55,488 nucleotides of DNA from Leucoraja ocellata (taxonomy: Eukaryota): assembly GCA_036785375.1 (NCBI GenBank), contig JAWMAR010004271.1, forward strand, positions 1 through 55,488, written 5' to 3'. Below are positions 22,753 to 36,718 of this stretch, piece after piece. Positions within the stretch are counted from its first letter, which is position 1, and every line of letters begins with the position of its first letter. Under the pieces are notes generated by a model. It was not told the origin of the DNA. It saw only the letters and a list, made by a program, of their open reading frames with translations, and did not search any database. Position numbers and translations under genes: made by a program.

Positions 22753-25637
22753 GTTTCAGATCCAGGAAAAATCATGTAAAATCCAGAACCAGTGGCCGCA
22801 GTCTAAGTATAAAAGGGAGGCCATTTAAAACTGAGAGGGAAAAAAACTTTCACCTGGAGAGTTGTGAATTTGTGAAATACTCGGCAACAGAAGGCAGTAA
22901 AGTCCTTTTCACGGGATGATTTTATAAGAGCTAGATAGAGGTCTCGGTGCTAACGGAATCAAGGGATATGGGGAGAAGGCAGCAAGGGTTACTGATTGTG
23001 GATGATCAGCCATGATCACGATGAATAACGGTGCAGGCTCGAAGGGCCAAATGGCCTCCTCCTGCACCTATTATCTATGTTTCTATCTCACTTGGTCACA
23101 TCGAATTCATCAACGTTGTTCATTTGTAGGATGATCGCGTCTCTGGGAACGCAGTATTTATTGCCCATCCAAATATGGGAACACAGAGGCACAAGGAACT
23201 GCGGATGCAGGAATCATGATAAAACAGAAAGTGCTGGAGTAACACGGGGTGTGCCTCAGGGTTCGGTGTTGGGCCCGTTAACGTTTGTCAACTATATCAA
23301 TGATTTGAATGGGATCATACTTGGTAAGATTAGCAAGTTTGCAGATGATACAAACGTGGGAGGTTTTGCAGATAGTGGAGATGGTTGTGAAAAAGTGCAG
23401 CAGGATCTGGATCAATTGGCCAGGTAGGCTGAGGAATGGTTGATGGAATATAATGCACAGAAATGTGAAGTATTTTATTTTGGGAAGCTTAACATGGGCA
23501 GGACCTATGCAGTCGAGGTAGATCGGGTGGTCAAAAAGGCTTTTGGCACATTGGCCTTCATCAGCCCGTGTAATGAGTATAGAGATTGGGAGGTCGTTTG
23601 GCAGATGTATAAGACGTTGGTGACATCACATTTAGATTATTGTGTTCAGTCTGGGCACCATCCTATAGGAAAGATTTCGACAAGCTGGAAAGGGTACAGA
23701 GAACATTTACGAGGATGTTGCCGTGACTAGAGGGTCTGAGGTATAGGGAAGGGTTGAATTGGCTGAAACTCTATTCCTTGGAGCGCAAGAGGATGAGGGG
23801 AAATCTCATAGAGGTGTATAGGGTCGTGAGAGGAATAGATCGAGTAGATGCACAGTCCCTTGTCCAGAGTAGGTGAATCGAGGACCAGGTTTATGGTGAC
23901 AGGGCAAAGATTCAATAGGAATCTGAGGGTTAACCTTTTCTCAAAGCGTGTGTGGGTGTATGGAACAAGCAGCCAGAGGAGGTAGTTGTGCCAGGGACTA
24001 TCCCAACGTTTAACAAAACAGTTAGACATGTACTTGGATATGACAGATTTGGAGGTATATGGACCCAATACGGGCAGGTGGGACTAGTGTAGATGGGACA
24101 TGTTGGCCGATGTGGGAAAGGTGGGCCGAAGGGCCTGTTTCCACTCTCTGTGATTCTATGACTCTCTTTGTCTCTATGGGGCATCATGCAGCTTCTGCGG
24201 ATCGGCGTTTGGGGAGGTAATAATGAGCAGCCATGAGCCAGTGCAATCTTTCGCGTGTTCACGTTGCAAAGTTTAAAACGTGCAGCAGTGAGAGAAGGAT
24301 GAGAACGGTGAGAGCAGGGATCAGTCTAAATAAACATTAGGTAAACGTGCTTATCGTAGTGACATGCCGAACTTCAGAGTGGCTTATGCGCGCAATTACA
24401 GCTCATTCTGTAGATGGAGCACGTTGTAGTCACTTAAGTTTAATTTGGAGATACAGCGCCTAAACAGGCCCTTCTACCCACTGATCACCAGTCCCCGCAC
24501 ATTAACATGATACTACACACTTTAGGGACAATATATAATTTTCCCAAGCCAATGAACCTACCAATCTGTCTTTGTGGTGTGGGAGGAAACCGGAGCTTCC
24601 TGGGAAATCCCAGGCAGGTCATGGGGAAAAGGTAGTGGTGAAAGGACGAACGGTTAAGTTAATGGATCGCAGACCAGTCATGTTCACCGATAAACTAATC
24701 TAGTTTCATGACACTTTAAGGACAATTATTCATGGTAATTCTTTATCTCACACGCTATTTCCCGAAAACCGCTCTTCGCGTTTCTCCCTTGTCAGTTTTG
24801 CCAGATAGCTGGAGTGCTGGAGTGCCCGTGTTCTATTCAACTTTAATTGAATATGGGTGTGCTCTATGTAGAATTCCTGTCGTCCTGTCGTACTACAAAA
24901 TCGAAAGAACTCTGGAAGTGGTCGGTGAGAGCCAATATGACCCCTTTTACTTCACTCATACATGCATTAATTTGGTACAGGCAACCTTTCAACTTTGAGT
25001 CGAGGCAAGTCTCGTGAATTACTGCGTATTACAATAGCAGAGTATCACAGACCGCTTTTCCAAGCGCGACACACATCGGGTAGTCTAAGTTGCCTCCAAA
25101 ACTGCAACTTTACTGACATTTGTAGTGATGTTCTTTCTCCCCAGGTCCTTTCTAAATGATCTGATACACAAGTAGAAGGGCAGCCTGTGGGGTTTATCAT
25201 TTCTAAAATGACAAAGATATCTAAATATAGATTTAATGTGCTTTTTAATAAAACAATGCTGATGCTGTGACTGTGATCATGTTATGTTCAGCGATACGGA
25301 GGTAGACAAAAATGCTGGAGAAACTCAGCGGGTGAGGGAGCGAAGGAAATCAGCGATACGGATTCAGTTGGTCCGTTTAGATAAAATATTTCTAATCCGT
25401 TTTCATTGTTGATTAAACAGTTACCGAATATAATATTTAAAACTCGCAATCTGTTTAGTGTATATATGCGGAGGGTTCATACAGAACATTATAGATTGTT
25501 TGTTTATAAAGAAGGGACAACTGTGACAATCCTTTTCATTCTGCTGGATGTATGAAGCTTTTTAGAAACACAAGTCTCTAAAATAAGACCTGCGTGTTTC
25601 ACAGGGGCGAATATTTTGAGGAAGAATCTGGCAATTT

Positions 25638-25719
25638 CTGATTGGCTTCGACGAGCATACCGGTTTGATTGGTTTGGATAATTAAACACACGGGGACATA
25701 TCGTCATTCCATTTATAAA
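25638..25719 (+). promoter_or_regulatory. Cluster 3 promoter (CCAAT x2, half-CRE, TATA)
   Basis: Paralogous to 2894-2975. Confidence 0.6.
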
Positions 25720-25789
25720 GAGAGCCAGAGAGCAAGATTACACGCCACTTGTCCTGGAAACTGCCGCCCCATCGGTGCTCAGTCGGTTA

Positions 25790-25844
25790 ATGAACATGTC
25801 TTATTGGATCCGTGTGGTCGGTGCGTTGGTGTTTTGCGCAGTTT
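25790..25844 (+). CDS. IGL: Ig light chain cluster 3, leader exon
   Basis: Same leader, GTGAGT donor at 25845. Confidence 0.9.
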
Positions 25845-25964
25845 GTGAGTATTTTATTTCCCTGCATATTATACTTATTTCTGTTCACCATTAATTTGGG
25901 GTTACGTCCCACAGTTCAACAAACTTAATATTTTCTTTTTTTTCTGATATTTCTCCTTTCTCAG

Positions 25965-26309
25965 ACTTAAGCGCGGCTGTTACAGTAACTCAGCCGCCTT
26001 CGATGTCCACCTCTACGGGACAGAACATACAAATACCCTGCACCATATCGGGTACCAGTTCAGGCGCTAACTATGTCTCGTGGTACCAACAGATTCCTGG
26101 CAAAACTCCCAAGTATCTATTCCACCATGGTACCGGCGGCAGCATTTATAAAGGCACGGGCATTCCAGACCGTTTTTCCATCTCGGTGTCAGGCAGCTCT
26201 GTAACATTCGCAATATCTAGCGTTCAATCGGTGGATGTTGCTGACTATTACTGTGCCAAAGGGGATAGTGGTTTACATTTCGGTAAAGGAACGAGGCTGA
26301 GTATTGGCG
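25965..26309 (+). CDS. IGL: Ig light chain cluster 3, germline-joined V-J exon
   Basis: Open frame, CDR2 region HHGTGGSI, CDR3 AKGDSGLH, FGKG motif, intact splice sites. Confidence 0.95.
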
Positions 26310-27303
26310 GTAAGTAAAATATATTATTCGAACAGCGCGCTGTTTTCTTTTTGTTTTAATGCAGATATTGCTTGATTTAATGTCCTGAGTTCACAGGATA
26401 CGTGATTGGGCCAGTTGTATTTCAGTGTAGATGGTGCGATCTTGCTGTACAGATGTTCCGAGTTCACTTGGACATAACTCAGTGAAATGACTGGGAAAGC
26501 GAGCTAATGCTTTGTCTTGAGCTTCGTTCAATAAATTGCGGAAATATTTGCAGTGATTATCCAGATATGAAAGGAAATTGCTTGGGTAACGGGGTTCACC
26601 AACGTCAATATTCAACACTGTCAAAAATCCGGTTGACGGTGTGAACAAGGATATCAAAATGCCAAATGCGAAAGGAGAAAGTTTCGTACATTTCCTTCAG
26701 AAATTGTGTTTAATACGTAGAGCAGCTTTTCGTGGACGCAGCCGTGTATTTCAAATTTAAATGAACATTCGAACTATAATGTAATTCTTGCTTGTGAACA
26801 ATATCTGCGAATCGGTGACCGTGGCCTTCGAAGACTAGTTTCCATATATTTTTCCCGAACATAAATAGCGTCACCCTCCATCTCAATGGTGCCGACAATT
26901 AAATAAGTTTAAATCTGTTATTATAAATGTCGCGACCGCGAATCGTTTATATCTGCTGATATATTTAAATAAATGTAAATCCGGAAATGTGTAGTAAAAT
27001 GAACATTATAAAAGTTGTAATAATGTATTCAGTTTTATAAAATACTGCAGCCATGATCTATCACAGATGGTTTCCCGGTGTTTATACAGAGGGTAGACAG
27101 GATCTATTTTAGTTGCTTTCACGCACTTTATTTATTGTTCACCCAATTACAATAAACACGCTATAATGGTTTCAAATAGGTCGAGAATAAAACGACATTT
27201 CTATAAATTAGTAAATGAGTGCTTTAATGAGATGTATTTTCGGTAAATAATGACATCTCAACGACAGCATTTCTCCAATTAAATGTGACTTCTTATTAAA
27301 CAG

Positions 27304-27626
27304 ATCCCCGGGCACCGATCGTGACGGTCCTGCCGCCTTCAGCCGATGAAGTTACCTCAAAGGGCACCGCCACCCTGGTTTGTTTGGTGAACGGCTTTAA
27401 TCCGGGCTCGGTCGCCGTTGAGTGGACAGTCGACGGCAGTGCAAGAAATAGCGTCGTCGAGACTAGCCCGATCCAGCAGGACAAGGACAACACGTTCAGT
27501 CTCAGCAGTTACCTGACTCTGACAGCCTCAGACTGGAAATTACACGACCTTTACTCCTGTGTGGTTAAACACCCGGCTCAGGCAAACCCACTTAAGACAA
27601 CTATCGAGAGATCCAGCTGTATCTGA
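27304..27626 (+). CDS. IGL: Ig light chain cluster 3, constant exon
   Basis: Open C1-set frame ending IERSSCI*. Confidence 0.95.
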
Positions 27627-29644
27627 TGTTGGAAACGTGAGGCTGACCTGACTAAGTTAGTTTATCATCATTGGGTTCGTTCATGTGACAAAGTTAGTCA
27701 TGTATTGGACTTCGATGTTTTCGTTCAGAAATGCCATTTGTAGTTGAAACTTCCATTTTTATGACTTGTTCACTTTAAATGTAGTTCTTTCGAAAGAATG
27801 TCGTTCTTGAATGACGCATCAAGTAGATTCAATTGCGTTATCCAACAGCATGGATGTTGTTATTGTACCCATGGTATCTTTGTAGCCGTTGAATAAAGTT
27901 TAAAAAACGCATTTCAAATGCATTGTTGATTCCCTTTGGTTTATTTGTGACCCGAACCTCTATTTCGATCACTAATTGCAATCGTACAACAGTCGTGAGC
28001 CGCTCGTCCATTTATACCACGCGTTCTACAGCGCTTTGTCAGTTCTTGTGCAACATGAATCAGACAAAGAACCGTATAAACCAAGCAGGGCAAACGTGGT
28101 CTTAAACCCCAAAATATCACAGAAATAAACAGAAAATACTATTAATACTCTGTAAGTCGGGCGGTATGTGGGAAGTGAGAAATAGATTGGACGTTTCAGG
28201 CTGTTTAAAAAAATAAATAAAAGAAACGTCCCTACCAGCCTCGTGCGTTCAGGGTTTGTTAAATATGTCTTTGTTTATAATGTGCCCGGTTACATAATTA
28301 AATATAATACGTGTGCATACGTGGAAATCTGGAAATTTGGAAACGCCATTAATTCCCAAATCGCTTTTCACTTATTCCAAGCTTTATTCCCAATTATTTT
28401 CACGTTACATGAGCAACCTGGGCTTAAGTCTTGATGAATGGGTAGGAGCTGCAGATGCTGGTTTAAAGCAAAGATAGACACAAAAATCTGGAGTAACTCA
28501 GCTGGTCTGAAAGCATCTCTGGAGAAAAGGAATCGATGACGTTTTGAGGCGAGACCCTTCTTCAGACTGTTTGAAGCAAGGTCTCGATCCGAAATGTCAC
28601 CTATTCATTTTTTCCAGAGATGCTGTCTGACCCGCTAATTTACTCCAGCTTTATAGAAACATCGAAACATAGAAACATAGAAAATAGGTGTAGACGGAGG
28701 CCTTTCGGCCCTTCGAGCCAGCACCGCCATTCAATGAGATCATGGCTGATCGTCCCCAAACAATAACCCGTGTCTGCCTTCTGCCCCAATCCCTTGATTC
28801 CACTAGCCTCTAGAGCTCTAACTCTCTCTTAAATCCATCCAGTGATTTGTCCTCCACTGGGAACATGTTTCCTGCGGGGGGGGGGGGGATGGGGGGGGGG
28901 CTAATCTGACAGAAGCTGATACTGACCCAAAAGGCCGCGTTTTCTCCTGTGTCGTAATGTCATTACAATATTTTACCGTTGCCTTTCGAAGATGTCTATG
29001 TGTGAGCGCCAGGACCGGCGAGTAAATCATGCACTTACACTCATGCCATGTATAAATGCTGTCGGCCTCTCTCGCTCATCATTCGCGTGAATGCTGTTAA
29101 ACACGATGTCAGTGTCATAACTTCAGATCTATCCATGATGGCCCACAATGTCTGTGCGAACCTAATGCCAATGTCATCTGCCTGCCATATATAATGTCTA
29201 TATCCCTCCATTCACTATCTGTTCACGTGTTTGCCTAAATGCCTCTTGAACCTTGCTGGGTATCTGCTTACACCCCTTCTTCTAGCAAAACGTTGCGCAC
29301 TTTCTGTTTAAAAAAGTAATGCAAAGTGTGCCCCCTTCAAACGTCCCCTCGCCTACTTTAATCAACTATATTTATATAATACTTCGGCCCTGGACAGAAA
29401 ACTTTACTCCTAAGTAAAGCGACTTATCTTCACTAAGGGTATTAGAGCAATAGATAGGGATGGGAAATCGATGCAGTGTCTGGCCAACAAAACATTAATC
29501 CCCAAAATAAATCAATGGACCCCCACGGGAGACGTGGTCGTCCAACTCCAGCCGTTCAGTACTCAGCAGTGCGGATGTTTTTAAATGGCGTCTTTGAGGC
29601 GAGATGCGGGCGCCAGCAGCCGTTATGTTTGCTGTTAGTGGAGG

Positions 29645-30709
29645 GGAGAAGGGTTTTATTAAAACTATGTACATAAACACGACGAAATTTAATCAGGAGT
29701 GGATACTTGGAATGAAAAGTGAAAACTGTACCGAAATTGAAACATTCTGGGCGTTTGTGGGTCTGGTGTTGGCGTAGCAACGAATCAAAGGCTGGCAACC
29801 ACAAGTCAGGCAGAAATACAGCCAGCCAGCAGCCAGCCACAGAGTTTTAATATTATACTAGACCAAGTGCAGACCCGCTGGGTCTGTTTCCCCACTAAGG
29901 GTATTGCGGGGGGGGGGGGGGGGGGGGCTGCAGGGGGGGAGAGGGGTGGGGGCGTGGTGGAAAAGGGACAGGGGTAGGGGGCGGGGGGAGAGATTGTGGG
30001 GGGTGGGGGGAGAGAGGGATGTGGGGTGGGTGCAGGGGGGGGGTGGGGTGAGGAGAGGGAGATGAAGAGGGAGGAGGAGAGAGGGGCGGTGAGGGGAGGA
30101 GAGAGGGGAGGGGGAGAGAGTTGTGGGGGAGGGAGATGGGGTAGGGGAGGGAGGGGGAATAGTATGGAGGGAGGGGGAGAGGGGTGGGGGAGAGAGGGGA
30201 AATAGTGGGGAGGGAGAGTGGAAGGGGGAGGGGTAGGGACAGTCCATCCCTTCCCCATTCCCTATCACCCCCAATCCTCTTTGTCTATTCCACACACATG
30301 ATGGCGTGCTTCAACTCAGGCTGCGGGGGTTGGGGGAGGGGCTGGGGCTGGGGCTGGGGCTGGGGCTGCTGCAAAGGCATATGTAAATGATCCATTCCGA
30401 TTGGACAACTGTGAGCATTGGGCATTGTGAACGTTCAACAACATTCTATGGGTGAGAGCTGTTTTTTTTTTAATTGGGGGGGGGGGGGGGGGGGGGGGCG
30501 GGGAGAGAAGGATTTTATTAATAATGTGTACATAAACACGACGAAATTTATGCAGTGGATACTTGGAATGATAAGTGAAATCTCTACCGAAATGGAAAAC
30601 ATCTGGGCGTTTCTGCGTCTGGTGTTGGCGTAGCAACGAATCAAAGGCTGGCAACCACAAGTCAGGCAGAACACACACAGCCAGCCTGCCACAGAGTTTT
30701 AAATATAGA
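29645..30709 (-). mobile_element. Tandem Helitron-like units; complete unit 29858-30709
   Basis: Same termini as 18986-19813. Confidence 0.7.
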
Positions 30710-30739
30710 TAGATAGATATAGATATAGAATACAGATAT

Positions 30740-32991
30740 AGATGAACTTGAGGCTCAGTTCGAGGTTGGTAGTTATGACATTGTGGGGATTACTTTGATG
30801 TGGCTGCAGGAGGATCGGGTCTGGGAACAATATTCAGGGTTATACATCCTATGGAAAAGAAAGGACAGGCACGTGGGCAGAGGAGGGGTGGGGTAACTCT
30901 GCTGGTGAGGAATGGGATTCAGTCCCTTGCGAAGGAAGACATTGGCACTGTGGATTGAGTTGAGGAATTGTAAAGGCAAGAAGACACTAATTGATGTTAT
31001 CTACAGACCCCCATATAGTAGCCCGGATGTAAGGTGTAAGTTGCAGCAGGAGTTAAAACTGGCATGTAACAAAGGTAATGCCACTGTGGTGATGGGGGAT
31101 TTCAATATGCAGGTAGACTGGGGAAATCAGGTTGGTTCAGGATCCCAAGAAAGAGAGTTTCTGCAAACTCTCTACGAGTGCCTCCGAGATCGATTCTAAG
31201 AGCTCTTGTAATGGAGACGACCAGAGAAACAGCAATTCTGGATTTAGTGTTGTCTAATGAACCAGATTTGATAAGAGAACTCGTGGTAATGGAACCGCTT
31301 GGAGGTCGTAATCATAATATGATTGGTTTTAATCTGCAATTTGAGAAGGAGAAGGTTAAATTGGAAGTGTCAGTGTTGAACAAAGGGGACCATGAAGGCA
31401 TGAGAGAGGAGCTGGCCAAGGTAGACTGGAAAGGAATCCAAGCAGGTCTGCATCCCAGGTTCCTCAGGGAGGTGGCTCTAGAAATAGTGGACGCACTGGT
31501 GATCATTTTCCAATGTTCAATAGATTGAGGATCAGTTCCTGTGGATTGGAGGATAGCTAATGTTATCCCACTTTTCAAGAAAGGAGTGAGAGTGAAAACT
31601 GGGAATTACAGACCAGTTAGCCTGACTTCGGTGGTGGGAAAGATGCTGGAGTCAATTATTAAAGATGTAATAATGGAGCATTTGGACAGCAGTAAAAGGA
31701 TTAGTCCAACTCAACATGGATGTATGAAAGGGAAATCATGCTTGACTAATCTTCTGGAATTTTTTGAGGATATGACAAGTAAAATGGATGTAGTGGAGCC
31801 AGTGGATTTAGTGTATCTAGACTTTCAGAAAGCTTTTGATAAGGTCCCGCACGGGAGACTGGTGACTAAAATTAGAGCACATGGTATTGGTGATAGGTTG
31901 TTGACATGGATAGAAAATTGGTTGGCAGACAGGAAACAAAAAGTAGGAATGAACGGGTCCTTTTCAGAATGGCAGGCAGTGGCGAGTGGAGTGCCGCAAG
32001 GCACGGTGTTGGGGCCGCAACTGTTTACCATATATATTAATGATTTAGAAGCGAGAATTAGGAGCAACACTAGCAGGTTTGTGGATGACAGAAAGCTGGG
32101 TGGAACTGTGAAGAGGATGTTAGGTGGTTGCAGGGTGTCCTGGACAGGTTGAGTGAGTGGGCAGATGCGTGGCAGATGCAGTATAATATAGATAAATGTG
32201 AGGTTATCCACTTTGGCGGCAACAACAAGGGAGAAGATTATTATCTCAATGGGGTTAGGTTAGGTAAGGGGGAGGTGCAGCGAGACCTGGGCGTCCTTGT
32301 TCACCAGTCACTGAAAGTTGGCGTGCAGGTACATCAGGCAGTGAAGAAAGCTACTGTTGGCCTTCATAACAAGAGGATTTCAGTATCGGAGTAAAGAGGT
32401 TCTTCTGCAGTGGTATAGGGCTCTGGTAAGACCACATCTGGAGCATTGCGTACAGTTTTGGTCTCCTAATCTGAGGAAGGACATGCTTGTGATTGAAGCA
32501 ATGCAGCGGAGGTTCACGAGATTGATCCCTGGGATGGCGGGACTGTCCTATGAGGAAAGATTGAAAATACTAGACATGTATTCGCTGGAGTTTAGAAGGA
32601 TGATATCTTATGGAAACATATAAAATTATAAAAAGGACTGCACAAGCTAGATGCAGGAAAAATGTTCCCAATGCTGGGCCAGTCCAGAACCAGGGGCCAC
32701 AGTCTTGGAGGCCATTTAAGACTGAGGTGAGAAAAAACGTTTTCACCCAGAGAGTTGTGAATTTGTGGAATTCCCTGCCACAGAGGGCAGTGGATGCCAA
32801 ATCACTGGCTGGATTTAAGAGAGAGTTAGATAGAGCTCTAGAGGCTAGTGGAATCAAGGGATATGGGGAGAAGGCAGGCACTGGTTATTAATTGGGGACG
32901 ATCAGCCATGATCGGAATGAATGGCGGTGCTGGCTCGAAGGGCTGAATGGCCTCCTTCTGCACCTATTTTCTATGTTTCTATGTTTCTATG
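30740..32991 (+). mobile_element. Decayed CR1 ORF2 and 3' tail (duplicate of 19845-22081)
   Basis: Same motifs and shared lesions. Confidence 0.92.
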
Positions 32992-35323
32992 AAAAGATTC
33001 AGAACAAATGAGACCCGACATCGACGATCAGGGAAAGCTGGAGCTCACAATGAATAACTAGGACACTGGGGGAATGGGAGAAAAAGGCAAGGCCGGGAAG
33101 ACTCAAATGTCTGCTGTTGGCTCATTCAGAAAAATTACAAGACGCAGAAGAAATTGAAAAGAAATTGGGCATGATCATGGCTGCTCGAGAGTAATCGTAA
33201 TTGGTTCCTTTGAACAGGGAAGGTATAATGGCGATTTGAATGAGGGACGTAGTCCGTTCATCCAACCTATATCCAAGTCACCCTACAGCCCCATATCACC
33301 TTCCTCACAGCTCACACTGTCACCCAGCTTTGTGTCATCCGCAAACTTGGAAATATTACTTATAATTCCCTAATCAAGATCGTTAATATACATTGTAAAT
33401 AACTGGGGATCCAGCACTGAGCCTTGCGACACCCCACTAGTCACTGCCTGCCATTCTGAAAAGGACCCATTAATTCCTTCTCTTTGCTTCCTGCCAGCCA
33501 ACCAGTTCCTTATCCATGTCAATACCCTACTCCCAATACCATGTGCTCTAATTTTTCACACTCATCTCTTGTGTGGGACCTTGTCAAGGGATTTTTGAAA
33601 GTACAGATACAACACATCAACTGGCTCTGCCTTTTCCATTCTACTTGTTACATCCTCAAAAGTTTCAGTTCCAGGAAAAATCATGTAAAATCCAGAACCA
33701 GGGGCCGCAGTCTAAGAATACAAGGGAGGCCATTTAAAACTGAGAGGAAAAAAAAACTATCACCTGGAGAGTTGTGAATTTGTGAAATACTCGGCAACAG
33801 AAGGCAGTAAAGTCCCATTCACGGGATGATTTTATAAGAGCTAGATAGAGGTCTCGGTGCTAGCGGAATCAAGGGATATGGGGAGAAGGCAGGCTGATTG
33901 TGGATGATCAGCCATGTTCACAAAGAATAGCGGTGCAGGCTCGAAGGGCCAAATGGCCTCCTCCTGCACCTATCATCTATGTTTCTATCTCACTTGGTCA
34001 CATCTAATTCATCAACGTTATTCATTTGTAGGATGATCGCGTCTCTGGGAACGCAGTATTTATTGCCAATCCAAATGTGGGAACACAGAGGCACAAGGAA
34101 CTGCGGATGCTGGAATCATGATAAAACACAAAATGCTGGAGTAACACGGGGTGTGCCTCAGTGTTCGGTGTTGGGCCCGTTAACGTTTGTCATCTATATC
34201 AATGATTTGAATGGGATCATACTTGGTAAGATTAGCAAGTTTGCAGATGATACAAACGTGGGAGGTTTTGCAGATAGTGGAGATGGTTGTGAAAAAGTGC
34301 AGCAGGATCTGGATCAATTGGCCAGGTAGGCTGGGAATGGTTGATGGAATATAATGCAGAGAAATGTGAAGTGTTTTATTTTGGGAAGCTTAACATGGGC
34401 AGGACCTATGCAGTCGAGGTAGATCGGGTGGTCAAAAAGGCTTTTGGCACATTGGCCTTCATCAGCCCGTGTAATGAGTATAGAGATTGGGAGGTCTTGT
34501 TGCAGATGTATAAGACGTTGGTGACATCACATTTAGATTATTGTGTTCAGTCTGGGCACCATCCTATAGGAACTATTTCGACACGCTGGAAAGGGTACAG
34601 AGAAGATTTACGAGGATGTTGCCGTGACTAGAGGGTCTGAGGTATAGGGAGGGGTTGAATAGGCTGTGATTATTCCTTGGAGCGCAAGAGGATGTGGGGA
34701 AATCTTATAGAGGTGTATAGGGTCGTGAGAGGAATAGATCGAGTAGACGCACAGTCCCTTGTCCAGAGTAGGTGAATCGAGGACCAGGTTTATGGTGACA
34801 GGGCAAAGATTCTATAGGAATCTGAGGGGCAACTTTTTCGCAGAGAGGGTGGTGGGTGTATGGAACAAGCAGCCAGAGGAGGTAGTTGTTTCAGGGACTA
34901 TCCCAACGTTTAACAAAACAGTTAGACATGTACATGGATATGACAGATTTGGAGGGATATGGACCCAATACGGGCAGGTGGGACTAGTGTAGATGGGACA
35001 TGTTGGCCGATGTGGGAAAGGTGGGCCGAAGGGCCTGTTTCCACTCTCTATGATTCTATGACTCTCTTTGACTCTATGGGGCATCATGCAGCTACTGCGG
35101 ATCGGCGTTTGGGGAGGTAATAATGAGCAGCCATGAGCCAGTGCAATCTTTCGCGTGTTCACGTTGCAAAGTTTAAAACGTGCAGCAGTGAGATAAGGAT
35201 GAGGGCGGTGAGAGCAGGGACCAGTGTAAATAAACATTAGGTAAACTTGCTTATCGTAGTGACATGCCGACGTTCAGAGTGGCTTATGCGCGCAATTTTA
35301 CTTCGGAGTCACGTGAGTGACTT

Positions 35324-35358
35324 CGTGAAGAAGCCCGCTCAGGGCGCAGGTGCGGCAT
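35324..35358. repeat. DIRS left ITR core, perfect 35-bp inverted match to 40016-40050
   Basis: cgtgaagaagcccgctcagggcgcaggtgcggcat reverse-complements 40016-40050. Confidence 0.92.
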
Positions 35359-35490
35359 TACGCCAGCAAGTGCAACAGCGGCGGCAGCTGGAGTCAGGCT
35401 CTCCAGCTGCACTTTAAAAGCGCACTTTCAGGTAAGTGAAGGGTGCGTTGGGAACGGAGCGAGTAGGAGTTGGTTTTGTTTCAGGAAAAC

Positions 35491-36716
35491 ATGTCCCAAC
35501 GTAAGAAACTCGCGACTAGAGCTGCCCGAGCTTTAACTCCGCCAGAGGAGTCTATTCCAGCGGGGCAGCAGCCAGCGGCACTACCGCTGGAACAGCGGTT
35601 TGAGATTCCTCAGACCGAGCCGGGCCCAGTCACGCCAGAGCCTACACGGCGGGCTGGGAAAGCCACCCGTAAAACTAACCGGCGGGTCGATTCCGATTCG
35701 TCGGAGGAGGACGTGTCCACCCCGAAGCGGGGGAGAGACAGCCGCTTAAGCTGCATCATGCAGCTGTTGGAGGGGATGGTTTACCGGGAGCAGCAGCGCT
35801 CTCGGTCAGACAGGACAGGCGCCCCCTCCATGGTGCTGAGTCCGGCACCCCCCTTTGCGACCTCGGACCAGGACTGGGAGGTCAGCATCGGTGACCAGGA
35901 GCAGGCTGGTCTGAATATGGGGCAGGCGGAAGGTACCGACAAAGAGCAGGGTGTGCAGGAAGAGCTGCTAGGGGTAGTAACCCGATTCGTTGCTACCCCA
36001 CGGGTTGGAGCACCACTGCAGCCTAGAATGGCTGCAAGTATAAATCATCTATCCAACAAGCCATTGCAGGAAAAGGTGCTCGCCCAAGTGCTGGACGAGC
36101 ACATCGCCCCGGATAACTGTGAAGCCCTGAAGGTCAAGAGCCTCAACCGTCAGATCTGGGGTAACGTGGGTGGACCTATTCGCACACAGGAGGTCAAACT
36201 CCAGCGCGTACTGCGCCTCCTGATGGCGGCGATAACAGCATACGCACGGGGAGTCGAGACCACAGAAATGACAGCTCATCAACAGGATGTCTTGGCACCA
36301 CACAATACGAGCTGAACAATCTCAGGAGAGATAACATTAGGCCGGCACTGAATCCTAAATTTGCAGGATTGTGCAAAGCTCCCACTGTAGAGACCGACTC
36401 ATTTCTTTTTGGAAAAGACTTAAATAAACAACTGAAAGAAATGGAGGAGGCTTCAAAAACCTTTAGCCTCATGAGGGCAACACCGCCAGCACCTATACCG
36501 AAGCTCTTCATAACACCAAGGCGGCAGCACACCGCTGCATCCACCAGTCGGCATCATCCATATGCGACTGGTCAAAGCTTGGGGCCGCACTATCCCCAGA
36601 AACCTTTTTTAGGTCAGGGCCTGCAGCGGACCCCCTGGAAAATGCGCCTCCCGCCAACATCGCCAGCTCGTCGACAGAGAACATCCAAAAAGAGAAAACC
36701 TCAACCCCGCCAATAA
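35491..36716 (+). CDS. DIRS ORF1 gag-like protein, interrupted by a frameshift near 36295-36305
   Basis: ORF from ATG 35491 to 36315 continues in another frame as QYELNNLRRDNIRPALNPKFAGLCK..FLFGKDL; position upstream of RT. Confidence 0.7.
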
Positions 36717-36718
36717 CC

